Assembly (NCBI RefSeq): GCF_037042905.1
Contig: NC_087251.1
Coordinates: 33,854,001 to 33,918,000 of the forward strand
Direction: 5' to 3'
DNA length: 64,000 nucleotides
Origin: Lytechinus pictus
Taxonomy: Eukaryota
Shown: positions 37,867 to 52,098 of the stretch, piece after piece
Layout of the letters: each line of letters opens with the position of its first letter
Position numbering within the stretch: position 1 is the first letter of the stretch
Notes under the pieces: model-generated
Told to the model about the DNA's origin: nothing
The model's input: only the letters and a program-made list of their open reading frames with translations
The model's database searches: none
Translations under genes and position numbers: made by a program

Positions 37867-38182
37867 ATGGGAAGTGCAGGACGCCTCATCCTCTTTGCTC
37901 TCCTCTACATTCTGTACATTTGTCTCGGGGCCGGCGTCTTCATGGCCCTTGAGAAGCCGTACGAGCAGGAACTGGCCAGCGACATCATCCGCAGGAGAGA
38001 CGGGTTCCTCGATGCCCACACCGAGTGCATGACTGTCGAGGAGCTCGACCAGTTCGTCAACGACATCGAGGAGGCGTTCCAGTTCGGCGTCACCTACGCG
38101 GTCGCCGTCAACTCAACGGCCAACACCATGTGGGATTTTGGAGGATCGTTTTTCTTTACCACAACTCTTTTGACAACCATAG
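37867..38182 (+). CDS. Two-pore-domain K+ channel (K2P/KCNK) coding exon 1: M1, cap domain, pore 1 up to TTIG
   Basis: MGSAGRLILFALLYILYICLGAGVFMALEKPYEQ...HTEC...WDFGGSFFFTTTLLTTIG; GTGAG donor in the conserved phase-1 pore-1 intron. Confidence 0.95.
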
Positions 38183-40133
38183 GTGAGTTTAAAACATGTC
38201 ATTGCTTCATCTACTAAAAAGGTAGAAAACTTGGGTCTTGCAATAGTGTTTATGTTATTTATTACAGTTGTCAGAAAAGGGAAAGTGACAAATAATATCG
38301 GGGAAATTGATTATCAATCGTAATATTGAAGGTGAAGCTTTCATCTTCGGCACTGTCCCCTCCCTAACTTTCAAAGCGTTCCGCGAACACAGACGACCTG
38401 ATGATTATCTTTCTTTTCATTAAAAACTGAAAAACACGGAATCTATATGGGTTCCGTTGTTAATATGCGTGATTTTATTTCATAAAAGAATACTGCACAA
38501 CTCTAAAGTGGGAATATCTTGTAATAGGGTAACAGTACTCGACTGACAGCTGACTGCTGATGCGTGATACTTTCAACAATAATTCACGACAATTCAATAT
38601 TTGGGTGATAATAATGAAGCATGAGTGAGGGAAGGGCCAAAAGGGAGTGCATTATAGATTCGTAAATAGTTATTGCCTGTAGCCGGTGTGTAAAGTTTTC
38701 TGCACTTTGAACATGTTGAACCGAAATGAATAATACCAACCATTCTTACCCTGACTGTGTGGTTATGATAATAATATGCAACATTTGTTTAGCGCTTAAT
38801 ACAAAATTCTAAGCACTGCATACTATTACCCCGGCTGGTAGTGAAAAACGAAACATTTCCTAAATCAGAGAACTGTGATCAAATTGAACGAATTAAAACT
38901 AACTTTTCTAGACTACTTGAACTAAGTAAATTCCTGTAACCACATACATTTTCCGCCAAATTACTATTTACTTTGTAATTTTGCTTCATAGATGTCAAAG
39001 GCCAATTCTACCCAATATAAGTTTGATCTGAATAAACTGAGAAATATTTTCTAATAGCATTGATTTTTAATCAATTCAAAGACCCACCTGTTTAATGTCT
39101 AGATATCAGTTGTGGGTTGCTCTAAATGGAGGTGCACATCTTAATTGCCTTTTGTTTCTTTAAATTTTGTTTTAAATTCATTAAGACTACTTTTTATTTT
39201 CACATGAGGAAATTTAATTGATAAACAGAAAACTGAGCCGTTAGAAACTGTATTAAGCGCCTACAAATGTTATTATTTTTATTATTATCAATATTATTAT
39301 CATCATTATTATTACTAATCAAAGTCATATGTAAAACAAGACATTTACTTAAATATTTTCACCTCGTACATTGCTGATATGCAGCTGGAAGAGCCGATGA
39401 AAATACACACTCATTCTTGTTTTCATTTTTTAACTATTTAGCATTTCAGATATTTACATTTTGTGTATATTTTTATAAAAAAAAGATCTGATCTAACCTG
39501 ATCCAATAGGATTTATAGTATCATCTACATTATTTGAGTAAAATGAAAATACCTTAATTCCATCTTGATGCAAATTCTTTCTGGATTAGAACATTATTAA
39601 TCGATCCCTTCTGAATAAGTTTGTTTTAAACGTGTGTCATTGTCATCAAAAACATAAAACTTCAAAGAGCAGGGAAATGCACGATATTTTTACCAAGCGC
39701 ATTTTAGTTTGGTATAAGATGAGAAATGTAATAACATGAAAAGTTTCCATTCTTACTTACATTAATTACATTCAATGTTCTACTTAGATGCATTTACTTG
39801 AATGTAAAAGGCGTAAGTAAGTTTGTTTAACAATCAATATAATTGCCAATATATTTTTCAGCTCTGGAAACATAATAAGTAGAAATTGTGAATTTCAAAC
39901 AGCGTCACTTAAGCATGTTAAGAATGCATTATTACCCGTTCTCATGATGGAAATTAAGTCAATCTACATGTTTATTCAATAAATTAAAAGTAGTTGTTTA
40001 CAAAAGTACTTTCGTAATGTATAAAACCTTTACTAACACACGTGCAAAAGAATAATGCGAATAGGCTCTCTACTTAATTACTTGCCTTACACGATGCACT
40101 TTTCGTGCTATAGGGAACTGAAATCGAGATATA

Positions 40134-41128
40134 CAGTGCGTATCAAAAAAAGTTTACACATTTTTTTAAATGTGGAAAATTCTTCAATATATTGCAAATG
40201 TATAATTTTACAGGATTTTTCCACATTTAAACTGGTGCAGACCCATTTAAGCAAATGACAATATAACTGTCGAAAAATATTTCCGCTTGAGTGAGCACCA
40301 CTTACTTTTGAAAAGTTAGTGAAAAATGATTTGCGCCGAACTTTAAAATGGTTATGCGAGTAAAAGTATACCTTAATCATGAAAAAAACATGGAATTTAG
40401 CTAGTAAAATTGATTTGAAGACATCTTTTACCTTTTTTAACTTGTTTCCTTGCCCAAAACACTTCGAAGAGTGCATTGCGCCCCACCCCATTCCCCCACA
40501 TACCGAGGTCATCGTGACAATATTTGTTTTACACTGAGCTGTGATTTACATGAAAAGGCTTAGGCTTGATTTTCATTTTGTTAATCATTGTCAAGCTTGG
40601 GAAAAGTGTGGAGAAACAAGGATTAAATGAAAAATGAAATGTAAACCCACTTTAAATATAAAAAACTTAGTGAAAAAATGCTGGAGCTGTCAGATATAAA
40701 CTTTTGTTCAGAGTCACTTATGTCCTCAGATCCAGCTGGCACAAAAAGGGTAAAGGTTGTGCTTACTAAGCGTTGAAATATCAAGTTGGGTGGCAAAATT
40801 GTTACAAAATGCTTGAATATATCCGTTTTATTTCAATTGACTAAAAGTGCAAGGAAAATGTATGAGAAATGTTTCGCAGGGTAAGTTTGATTTCGCCCTT
40901 TCCCCTTGACACAGCATGAAAACGAGCATTTCTGCGCAAACAGATTTCTGCGAGCTTTACGAAAATGGACAATGCTCACTCGAGTGTAACATTCTGTCAA
41001 AACTTTTACTTTCATTGGATAGATGAGACCCAAAACCAAGAATATATGTGAAAAAAATTACCCACATGTTGTATATTATTTAATTCCCAGGGCTTTTTCA
41101 AAGTGTAAACTTTTTTTGATACGCACTG
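40134..41128. mobile_element. Tc1/mariner-type non-autonomous element (995 bp) with TA TSD
   Basis: TA|CAGTGCGTATCAAAAAAAGTTTACAC ... GTGTAAACTTTTTTTGATACGCACTG|TA. Confidence 0.92.
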
Positions 41129-42169
41129 TAGTTTGCATAATATCTAACACTTTTCCCCACGATACTATTTCTGATAAGAGTACAATTTCATAACGACCTT
41201 AAATCTTCCCATCCCCCACCCTGTCTTCGCTAACATACATTGCCTGTTTCCATAGAAACCAGTAATGAGGCAAAAACTTGCCCGATGGTTAATTTCTAGA
41301 TGAAATATGGCGAAGGATATTACGTAACTTCATAATCATGCATTGTATACTCAAATCGAGGATGAGTGGACAGTTTTCCTCTGTGACGATGGTGTTAATT
41401 GGATGCAGATAGTCTTAAGAGATGTCCGTGAATTGTTCGAAGGTAATGCCCTACTTGGCGTGTACGAATGAAACAGAGCACGAATCTAGTCGCATTTGAC
41501 TAGCACTATTCACTAAATCACTTCCATACACAAAATACTCTACTCTCAGCCCTTAATCAAAATAATAGCACACAAGAATTTAGAACAATGATTTCAGAGA
41601 CTAATTCCAGTAAAGGGGCGTGCATGGCACCACAAACCATATGTTATTCTCTTAACCACATTTACAGAAATAATTTGCAAGTTTTGCTTCGTTAGAGCAG
41701 TATATTTTTAAATTCATAGAAGCCTTCAAGTTTTTGGAAGGGATTTTATATGAATGTATACAGAATACCCTTAAATTTCCGAAATTGCATTCTGCAAGAG
41801 AAAATAAATCGCGTCAGGCTAAATGCTTTCCGCGCCACTAAATTATTTTCAAAGTACACAACTTAATACCATATGGTTCTTTTTAATGTTTTTGAAGGCC
41901 TTATTAATGAGAAATTGTTTTCAAAACAAATATTGATGAAGTATTACTACGACGTTAGGCGACTGACAGCGTGTTGGCTTATAGTAAATATGGTATACAA
42001 GATTCTATGCCAAGTTTAATTAACATATGGATTATTGTAAATCTTTTCTTTGCCACGCTGTTTTCTCCAATCTCATCATTATTATTAATTTTTGTTGTCG
42101 CTTAAATTAAGGTATATCATAAACTGTCCATCATCTTTGTAAAACTTTGTCTTTCTCTCTCAGTGGCTC

Positions 42170-42700
42170 TGGATATATCTCGAACTCTCACACGTCTACA
42201 TACCTCTTCACTCACCCACGCACACCCTCCTCACACTCTCTCTCCCCTCTCTCACACTGCGTCCCACCCTGTGGCAGGTATAGGCCTATACATACACATC
42301 CTCACACACACACACCGAACTCACAAACCTTTTCACTCTCCCACATAGCATATCCACAGTCCTCTTATTTTCTCCTGCAATACAGGGACATACTCAACTC
42401 ACAGACTCACCGTCATCATGGTCATTATGATCTTGCTCCCACGCCACCGTGCGCAACCCACACACCCCACTCGGAGCTTCATCCACCCATAGGTCCGTGA
42501 TCCACCCTTACACCTACACACCCACCCACATACACACCCACACACACTCTCTCTCTTTCTTTCCCTCTTCACACTCGATACCTTCCTCACACGCACCCAC
42601 AACCTAAACACACTTTTTTCCAACAGGTGTATGATTAGTTTATCATCACAACACACCCTTACACACACCCTCACACACACACACACACACCCACACAACT
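42170..42700. repeat. Degenerate CA/CT-rich low-complexity region
   Basis: Read directly. Confidence 0.8.
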
Positions 42701-43259
42701 TCGCTCGCTCTTATTCCGTCTCTTTAATACCCCGTTATTTTGTTTTGCCTTCTCTCTTTGATAAGCCTTTGAACGCAAAGGAAAACACATACCAAGAAAA
42801 TATTAGAATAAACTATGTCACTCAAATGCAAAATAGGGGTAAACCGGATCATGTGGAAGACGCGCTGTCTCATATCTTCGCTGCTACACTGAAGCTGTCT
42901 CTATAATACCTGTCAATAATGATGCTAAATCCTTGATGATATATTAATCATGAACCTGTATCGCTTTAGCAAGCAAGCTGTTCAAACACGAAAGGAATTG
43001 TTTTGAGACATTAAAAGTTTTAAATGAACTCTGTTACAGTGATGTTTTCCAGCATCCCCATTAATTTCTTAATCTCTCACGCACTCACCCACGTGCGCGT
43101 ACACCCAGACATACATTAAATTTAAACTCAGGTTGTATCAGTAACCAACATGTACATCAAAAATCTGATATGTAAAATAGAGAATCTGGCTAAATTAAAT
43201 CAAGCTTTATTAGGTAAAAAAAAAAAACCTAGTGGAGAAAAGCGCAGTGCTTCATAGTG

Positions 43260-43860
43260 TGCCCTACAGTGTGTTCACAGTGGAACACGATGTGATATCA
43301 TTTTCACACCGTTAAATTTGAGCATTTCAACAGTGCGAATTATTTTTTTCTATTTTCCAGTGGTTTTTCCACCTGACTCCATTATGTCAAACACTTTGAA
43401 AACTTACACTGTGGAGGTGCCCACTGTGTTTGATTATCTCCATAGTATTCAATTTGGGCAATTTAACAGTGCTAATCATTTTTTCTTCTATATTCCACTT
43501 GACTCCATTATGCCAACACACTGTGCACATCCACATTGTGAGGGTGCCCACGGTATTTGATTATTTCCACAGTGTTTGGTTTGCACATCATAACAGTGCT
43601 AATAATTTTTTCTCTTTTCCACCTGACTCCATTATGTCAAAACACTTTGAAAACTTACACTGTGGAGGTGCCCACGGTGTTTGATTATCTCCACAGTGTT
43701 TAAATTGGGCATATGAACAGTGTGAATCTTCTTTCTTATATTCCACTCATGTCAACACACTGTGAACACCCACACTTTAGAGGTATCCACAGTGTCCGAT
43801 TATCTCCATACCGTTTAACTTTAACATTTCAATCTTTACATATTCCACTATGTGAATATT
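43260..43860. repeat. Degenerate tandem repeat, ~125-bp subunits with a ~250-bp higher-order period
   Basis: TTTCCACCTGACTCCATTATGTCAAAACACTTTGAAAACTTACACTGTGGAGGTGCCCAC at ~43366 and ~43616, with related units between and after. Confidence 0.8.
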
Positions 43861-45008
43861 TTGTCTGTTTAAATTCTCCAAATCCTTCAGTCTCTTGAAT
43901 TACAAAGAATCTGTTTCTGAAATCCATCTCCTCAAACCATGTCGGTTTTGAGCAACTGTGAGCTGCAACGTTGGTTGTAAGAAACCTTTGACAATATAGA
44001 TTCATTTCATAATTCAGGTGTCATTTATTATTCAGGTACAAAACAGGTGGACTTCTAATCCACCCCTGTCAATGCAACTGTAAAGATTGCATGGCTGTCT
44101 TATAAAAACAGACTTTAAAACATGTTCTTCAATATCAATAAATGAAAATACTTTTTCTATTCATTGGGATGAGGCCATTTTCTGTTTACACAATAGAGTA
44201 AAATCTAATATAAATCATGTATAATATTTTCGTCATTTCTGATCTTGAACAAGCGCTTTGTTTCCTTAGAAAATTCATGGATCTGGAAAGGAGTAGATCT
44301 TTTAACGTTTGCCATGAATTTCACTGATATGAACAAAAGCGACGAAAGTTGACAAGCTTGTATTATGTCCCTTTAAAAAACAACATACTTTCATCAATTT
44401 TAGCTTTTCTGAAATGAGCATTGGCATTTCGAAATGATTTTTATGTTATTGTTGATACCTGATAACTATAGTATCAAGTTTCTTGAGATTCTAGATAATA
44501 CAAATTCCTTGCGTTAAGTTTCATTAAAAATATGAATTCAATGTTATGATGAGATTTCACAATACAAATCATGATACTTACTCAATACATGATTTTATTT
44601 GCACAAACTATCAAGTAATCAAGTTCTAGTTTTTAGTCTCAGAAATCCTCTTTCAAGATCACTTTGATCCATTCTGAATGATAATAAGAATCTTCATGAT
44701 TATGTTCTGAGGACTTACTGTTCCTATGGATGACCTATGCATCATTGTCTCTTTTTCATTCAAAATCGGTCGACATACATGTACACACTCCCCTACAGGT
44801 TTGCGTAATTTTTCAGTGAGGATAATTTGATGAGGTGTTTTTTTTTTAATCGACCCCAAAATCTTTATTTTACTAATCTTCAATCTTTTGTGCCCATCAA
44901 TCCACTATGGCATTCTTCGCAACTAGTCACTGAATCGTTATAAAATCCATCCCTTTCAAATCAGTTTGGCGTGTACCTCGTATCTTACATTATTTATCTG
45001 TACATTTA

Positions 45009-45987
45009 TTGTCTCACCTGCATAGCAGAGTGAGACTATAGGCGCCGCTTTTCCGACGGCGACGGCGACGGCGGCGGCGGCGGCGACGGCGGCGGCGGCG
45101 TCAACACCAAATCTTAACCTGAGGTTAAGTTTTTGAAATGACAGCATAACTTAGAAAGTATATGGACCTAGTTCATGAAACTTGGCCATAAGGTTAATCA
45201 AGTATTACTGAACATCCTGCCTGAGTTTCATGTCACATGACCAAGGTCAAAGGTCATTTAGGGTCAATGAACTTAGACCATGTTGGGGGAATCAACATCA
45301 AAATCTTAACCTAAGGTTAAGTTTTTGAAATGTCATCATAACTTAGAAAATATATGGACCTAGTTCATGAAACTTATACATAAGGTTAATAAAGTATCAC
45401 TGAACATCCTGCATGAGTTTCACATCACATGACCAAGGTCAAAGGTCATTTAGGGTCAATGAACTTTGGCCGAATTGGGGGTATCTGTTGAATTACCATC
45501 ATAACTTTGAAAGTTTATGGATCTGATTCATGAAACTTGGACATAATAGTAATCAAGTATTACTGAACATCCTGTGCAAGTTTCAGGTCACATGATCAAG
45601 GTCAAAGGTCATTTAGGGTCAATGAACTTTGGCCAAATTGGGGTATTTGTTGAATTACAGCCATAAATTTGAAAGTGTGTTGGTCTAGTTCATAAAACTT
45701 GGACATAATAGTAATCAAGTATCACTGAACATCCTGTGCGAGTTTCAGGTCACATGATCAAGGTCAAAGGTCATGTAAGGTCAAAGAACTTTGGCCACGT
45801 TGGGGGTATTTGTTGAATTGCCATCATATCTCTATAAGTGTATTGGTCTAGTTCATAAAACGTGGAAATAAGAGTAACCAAGTATCACTGAACATCTTGT
45901 GCGAGTTATAGTAGTTTTCAAAATCAGCACTGCTGCTATATTGAATCGCGTGATGCAGGTAAGACGGCCAGAGGCATTCCACTTGTT
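45009..45987 (+). mobile_element. Helentron-associated (HINE-type) non-autonomous element, well-preserved copy
   Basis: Subterminal IR GTCTCACCTGCAT (45011) / ATGCAGGTAAGAC (45953); (GGC/GAC)n microsatellite 45056-45100; ~5 tandem ~163-bp cores; T-rich flanks. Confidence 0.8.
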
Positions 45988-47808
45988 TTCAGAGTTCCCT
46001 TTGTGGTAAAAAGTCACGAAACAGCACAAAAGAAAGTAAAATTATTTCTTTATTTTTTTTTTTAATATTCGATTTACATTTAACAAAAAAATCATTTACG
46101 TCCCTTGAACATTTGTTATAAAATATATCATTTGTTTAAAAAAAAAGCACATTTAGCAAGTTGATCCTTACTTTGACATTTCAAATCGTTTAATTATATA
46201 CCTATCCTGTTCATGGTACAAAAAGTGCTTAAAATGTCAAATTTCAGGTCAGAATATCAGAAGTTGTGCTGAAAGTAGGATTTTATGATATATACAGGCT
46301 ATTCCGGGTTAAGGGAATGCTGGCAATGCAAAAGGAACTGCTATTGGAAAGTCAAAGACCGAGCTCACTGAAAGTCGCCCCAATCTAATCTATAAAAAAA
46401 ACCAGCATATAATGGATAATAATAAGAAAGTTTGGTAAAATTGTCTCGGGTGAGTGCAGCGAACAGTAGTCCAGTCTGATGCCGTGAAAGCTTCTTTTGG
46501 AATTTTTTGATCAAATTCACTTTTACCAAGACAGCATCGATATAAAAGATGTTTCCCAATAATTATATGTATTAACTCACTTAAACTATGACTAAGCATT
46601 AATGTGCGCATATTATGGTCACATCAAACTTTGATCATGGAGAGTATCACAAGACTTTTGGGCACTTATCAAATAGAGGAGATTTTGAAAGGTCAAATTG
46701 ATCCTTTTTTATTTCAACATTATAATTTATATAAACTAAGGTCACTCCTCGCGCTCACATTTTTTAAACTTAGGATTGATTAGATACTTCAAGTTCTTAC
46801 TAAAAATAGAGCTAAAATTACTTTGACTTTTCTTTACAATACCTCTCCACCAACATGACCATGTTTTTGGCTTTTCGATCAGCCGAAGATGAGGATGAGA
46901 TCCACCTCTCCCCAATATCCCCGATTCATACCGTACCACATTAAAATTTCGTCCAACGGGCTTGGTTTAATTTTGTTACCACTTAAATTATTGATCAAAT
47001 ACATTGTAGTCCAAAAGCGTGAAATTATTCACAGCGAGGGGATATTTAACACAAAGTACAACTACTGTATACTGTTAGTCATGTGTGACATTTACCAAGG
47101 TTGATCACACATGCAAGAGTACATCCGGATCAAGGCAAGTACTTCCGATGTCAAGAGGAAATGAGACCGGAACTTCTACTGGAATACTGATCACGAATAA
47201 CTCTAGTAATCCTAGATTTGTATGAAGATTACCAAACATTCTGTGTCAGAGAATATGAACGGTCTTTTTATTGATATTAATTATTTTCAGGTCTATAATA
47301 ATGACAACAACAACAATAATAATGATGATGATGATCGTAATGATAATTGGCTAAAAGCGCACATGTAGGTCCATCTTGGGGTGGTCTTAGCGCTTCAAGT
47401 TCATAGTTGATCATGTTGATGATTCCATGGATCCATGTTGATTCTAAGACACTGGGTGATAAAATGGAATGATGGTGGAAGATTGTCTAGTCTGAAGACA
47501 CATTCTGATTGTTTTTTTTAACCAACGAGGGGGCATTAGAAAAAAAAATCCAACTTGATAAATCAAGGGTAGCATTACAATAACCACTTGTGCTAGGCTA
47601 GCAGCGCTGTGTCATCCTGCACTTTGTCCACGTAGATCAGTAATATGGGGGGGGGGGGGGGGTAATTGCAAGTTGGACACCATGCTTATACACAAAAGTA
47701 AGTAAACAGCCAACATCAGGGTGTACCGTTACTTTTCAAAACTCCTCCGAACAGATGGATTTCAGATGGGCTAAACATTATGATGTGTCCGTTAGCGTTT
47801 GCTGCAGG

Positions 47809-47813
47809 ATCCA

Positions 47814-47844
<31 letters not shown>

Positions 47845-48053
47845 CTAAATACCCCCTCTCTCTCTTTCTCTCTCTCTCTCACACATTCTCTTAAAAATGT
47901 TGGGCAACACACTGTCCACACAACTATTGGTTAAAATTTTATCCAACTCTAGCATGTCTGGATAGTTTTCACCCAAAGCACACATTATTGGTTTAAAACT
48001 ACCTAAAGGTTTTCTATTGTTGTGTAGACAGTAAGTTGCCCAACATTTTGAAG

Positions 48054-48084
<31 letters not shown>

Positions 48085-48125
48085 GGGGTATTTAGGTGTG
48101 TGTATGGGTGTGCGTGAATGTGGAT
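47809..48125. repeat. Inverted repeat comprising microsatellite flanks plus a central small MITE
   Basis: ATCCACATTCAC(AC)nCTAAATACCCCCTCTC...CTCTTAAAAATGTTGGGCAAC mirrored by GTTGCCCAACATTTTGAAGAG...GAGAGGGGGTATTTAGGTGTG...GTGAATGTGGAT. Confidence 0.8.
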
Positions 48126-48304
48126 GTGCCGTGGCCGAGTGGTTTAAGGCGCCTGGCTATAAATGGAAAGTCCAGGGTTCGATCCCCGGCCGTGGCACCT
48201 ATGCCCGTGAGCAAGGCATTTAATCTCTTTTATCCTGCTTTCAAATAAATGGAAATGCTATATGCATTATTGGTAACTAGGTGTGCACTTGTTTTAAAAA
48301 AAAA
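48126..48304 (+). mobile_element. tRNA-derived SINE, same family as 32788
   Basis: A box TGGCCGAGTGG, B box GGTTCGATCC, shared body and poly-A. Confidence 0.88.
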
Positions 48305-49344
48305 TGTCTGGATTGTGGGTGTTTATGGAATGGTGGATCCTGGGGTTCCCACCCATAAGACCTGCGAATATTCATGCCGATGGTTGTTTCCATTTTAAAG
48401 GGTGGGTTTTTTTTAAATATAAAGAAGAATACCGGTTGCTGTGAGCTTAGACATTCAATATTCCTTCATTCTTTTACGAGTAGGCGAACGCAGTAAAATT
48501 AAGAAAGAACTGTTGCAAAAAATAATAGTAGACAAAGTATTCTTATAGTTCGGTCTCGTAAAAGAACCCCTACTGTTTAATTATGGCCAATATGCACTCT
48601 TATTCTAATCCGCTTTTAATCAATTAGATTTTGCCAAATGAAATTAGTTTGCAATCCACTTTTTTTGTTATCACAGCTAAAATAAAGACCATTAGCAAAT
48701 CGAATTATAGTTGAATAAAGAAATAGACCTCGCTGGGTATGCTTGCATACGTATATACGGCAGTAATAGCAGTATTGGCAAGTGGGCCTCTGTATGGAAG
48801 AAAACAAGGCTCAGGGACCTGTATGGAAATAATATACAATCATATTCATTCATATTCATGTTCAAAGTGCATAAAAATAACAGGTCATTATGCTTACAAG
48901 CCCGTGAAAGAGCTGACTTTAGCTACCATTGTACAAGACACCGTGCAATGTCCATAAAATTATTGTTTACTTTTTCGCCTTAAAATTTATATAGCACAAT
49001 TTAATCATATAGAATTGAACACAGCAAGAACTCTGGTGTTAACCGGTGTACATAGAGGACCACATCAGTTATTTTACTCCGGTGTTAAATTGGCAAACAC
49101 CTATAGGTTTTATTATAACACTTTTGGTTATTTTCAATCTCTATGGTGTAATTTTAACACCTCATGGTGAGGTCCTCTATAGATACCAACTGGTGTCAGT
49201 TTTAACAGTGAAGTGGTCGCTCCTCTACACTTTTTTTTGGTACTGTTGGAACTGGTTGTTTGTATACTGAGCTAATGAAATCGACACAAGATACATGAAT
49301 AAAATTATGCAATTCGAGCGATCTATCTCGCGTGATGAGCTATC

Positions 49345-49538
49345 ACTCTAAAAACACTGAGTAAAATTTTACCAAATATTAGGTAGAAAGGGAACATCCA
49401 TGATTGCTGGTTTTTTTTTTTTACCCCATATTGGACTATTTCAACGCACAACGCAACATTGCGCAAAATTTACAATTTACCCAACCAACATGCATGTTCC
49501 CATTTTACCCATTATTGGGTAAAACTTTTTTTAGAGTG
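49345..49538. mobile_element. Small MITE (CACTCTAAAAA...TTTTTAGAGTG); related copy at ~50649-50899
   Basis: TIRs plus internal TTTTACCC/GGGTAAAA motifs. Confidence 0.65.
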
Positions 49539-52098
49539 TAAACGTATTCATTTATTCATTTACCTGTCAAAATATTTTACTATCATCAAATCGTTTGATA
49601 TGATGCTATTAAGTCAACCGAAGTCAATCCAAATATTAAATGGACTTGAACTGATAAAGAAAGAGCCATCACCAAGTAGATCAGTGGATATGATGTGCTT
49701 ATGAATTGTGGCCGATTTGATTAAGTTGCAGATTTGCAAGTAACAGTTGACGATATTTCACACTCATAATTATAATATTCTCTCTATAATATACTTTCTC
49801 TTTTTTTAAATAATTCATATCATAAAAAAATATTTTATTATTTTGAAGATCTTTGAATTATTGAACAATTGCGATGATTATTTAAAAAACATTTTTGTTT
49901 AATCTATTCTATTCTTATAACTTGTCTGCTGTCTTTTATTAACATGGTCCTTGAACGCGCAGAATAGTCTGTTTTCTTCTTAATTTTATTGCCCGCTAAA
50001 TTGATTCACTCAAATAGGGTCATCAAATTCTGAAATATATTGATAAGTATTTAGTAGAGCACTGAAATGTCCTATTAAACAAACCAACAACTTTAACCCC
50101 TCCAAAAAAAGCATTCAAACAACAGAAATCCGGGGTGGGAATTGTTGATTTTGCATGAAATATAATGGATAGTTCGGGGCGGAGCAAAGAAAAGAAGCAC
50201 GGGTTGGTGGGAGAATGTTGCATGAGAGCGGCGGGGGGGGGGGGGGGAGGGGGGGGGGGGCATTACATAAGGGAACGAACTTTTAAGTCGGAATGTATCT
50301 TATGTTACAGTCACACCAAAAGAATCAATTATTCTAAACTTATAGATAATATAATATTATTGATCGACTTTACGGATGTGAATGCCTTTTCCCCTTGTAT
50401 CAAAGTGTTTTTCATTCTTGGCATTTCTGATCATGGATTAGTTATATAATTAAGAAAATTCACTGGTCATTATGCGAACCTTAACAATTATTTTATGTTC
50501 AATGACCTGCATTAGACTTGGAATGCACATATAGGAACGAGGAAATGGAACTAATTTACATATTTTTTTAGACAAAAGCAAAATTAATAATCAGCATCAT
50601 CCGCTCCGATGAAATCATCTCTTTTCAATTTTTTTATAGGGGATATATACATTCTAAAAAAATATTGTTTAAAAGTGCTCCATGAAGGTTGTGTCCAGCC
50701 AATATTGGGCATTTCTTTTGGGCATTTTTATTTATCCAGTGTGATGAAAATTTTGCCCATTCTAAAGTAATTCTGCTTATTTTTTTACCCTTACTGGACA
50801 ATATGCTTCCCGCATTGGGTAAAATACTGCCCCAAATTGGGTTGACACATAATAACCCTCGTGGTGGTAAAAAATTTTACCCAAAATATTTTACAGTGTA
50901 GGGGGAATTGGTATGTTTGGTAGTTTAAACCATATAACTATGTCTTGATCCCCTTAAACGTAATGCACAATTTTTACCTTTATAGTTTATATTTCCCCTT
51001 TATCACTTTATCATTACTGTCTGTGCGATGCAGATATTACATCGGCAGTTATCACACCACAGCGCACGACGGATTTCAGAACATTGAAAATGTATTGTCA
51101 AATGCCCTTCATGACAATGAACAACCAAGATGTCTTTGTCGAAAATTCATGAATCACAAGAGCAGTTTCGTCCTTGACTTTGGAAAAACGACATGATTGC
51201 AATTTTTCGTCAGCTCCGAAACTTTGGACGAAACTGCGAATTCGTGTTACCGATTTTCGACAAAGCCCTCCCAGCTGTACTTTGTCATTTGAGGGGAATT
51301 ATCAATACATTTACTGTGTTCCTCATCCCGTCATGCTTCGCAAAGAGAAAACTCCCAGTTATCATTTGACGAGTATTCGGTTGATGCCCTGGAGCTCGAG
51401 AATTTAGAATTCATCGACGGGAAACAAATTTAATTACATAATTCTCTTTTCCCTGGTAATGAAATTATCGGTTGTAATTAAATGGCGGGATGCATTTACT
51501 AAAATGATTTGTGCATTCACGGACCAAGGGCATCATTGTTCTCCTCAATCAACATTCGTTAGACTGAATTGGGTAACGAGAATATCGTTATTAAACAAGC
51601 AGAAGGTCGCTAGCACTCCATTAGTTTAACACAGACCTGATGCCTTATGGATTTTATTATACTCTAAAAGAAAATTACGATCTCTACCTGACATGCATTT
51701 CGAATATATTTATGCAACTTGGTAAGGTTCAAATACGGAAATTGGCACAGAGTTGCTTGTGTCACAATGTTTCAAATAAAAATTAATGAATACTCGAAGA
51801 GCATTTGTGGAATGGATTTGCATAGTTAAACAGAAATAAGACATTAATGATAAAAAGTGCATATTACTCGAAAGAATGTTTTATAGATAGTTGGATAAAT
51901 CAATTCAACAATTAAATTCAATGTTAATTTAACATTTAGTCTCAGCCAAAGGGTCGTGTATACAGTTGATAGACACATTACATTGAAAGCTATGTTTACT
52001 TATTATTACTTATCATTAATAAAAACCAACCGAAAGAAAAAAAACGCTTATACGACTCAATCCTGAATATTTTTCTTCATTTCTGTATGTTTCTACAG

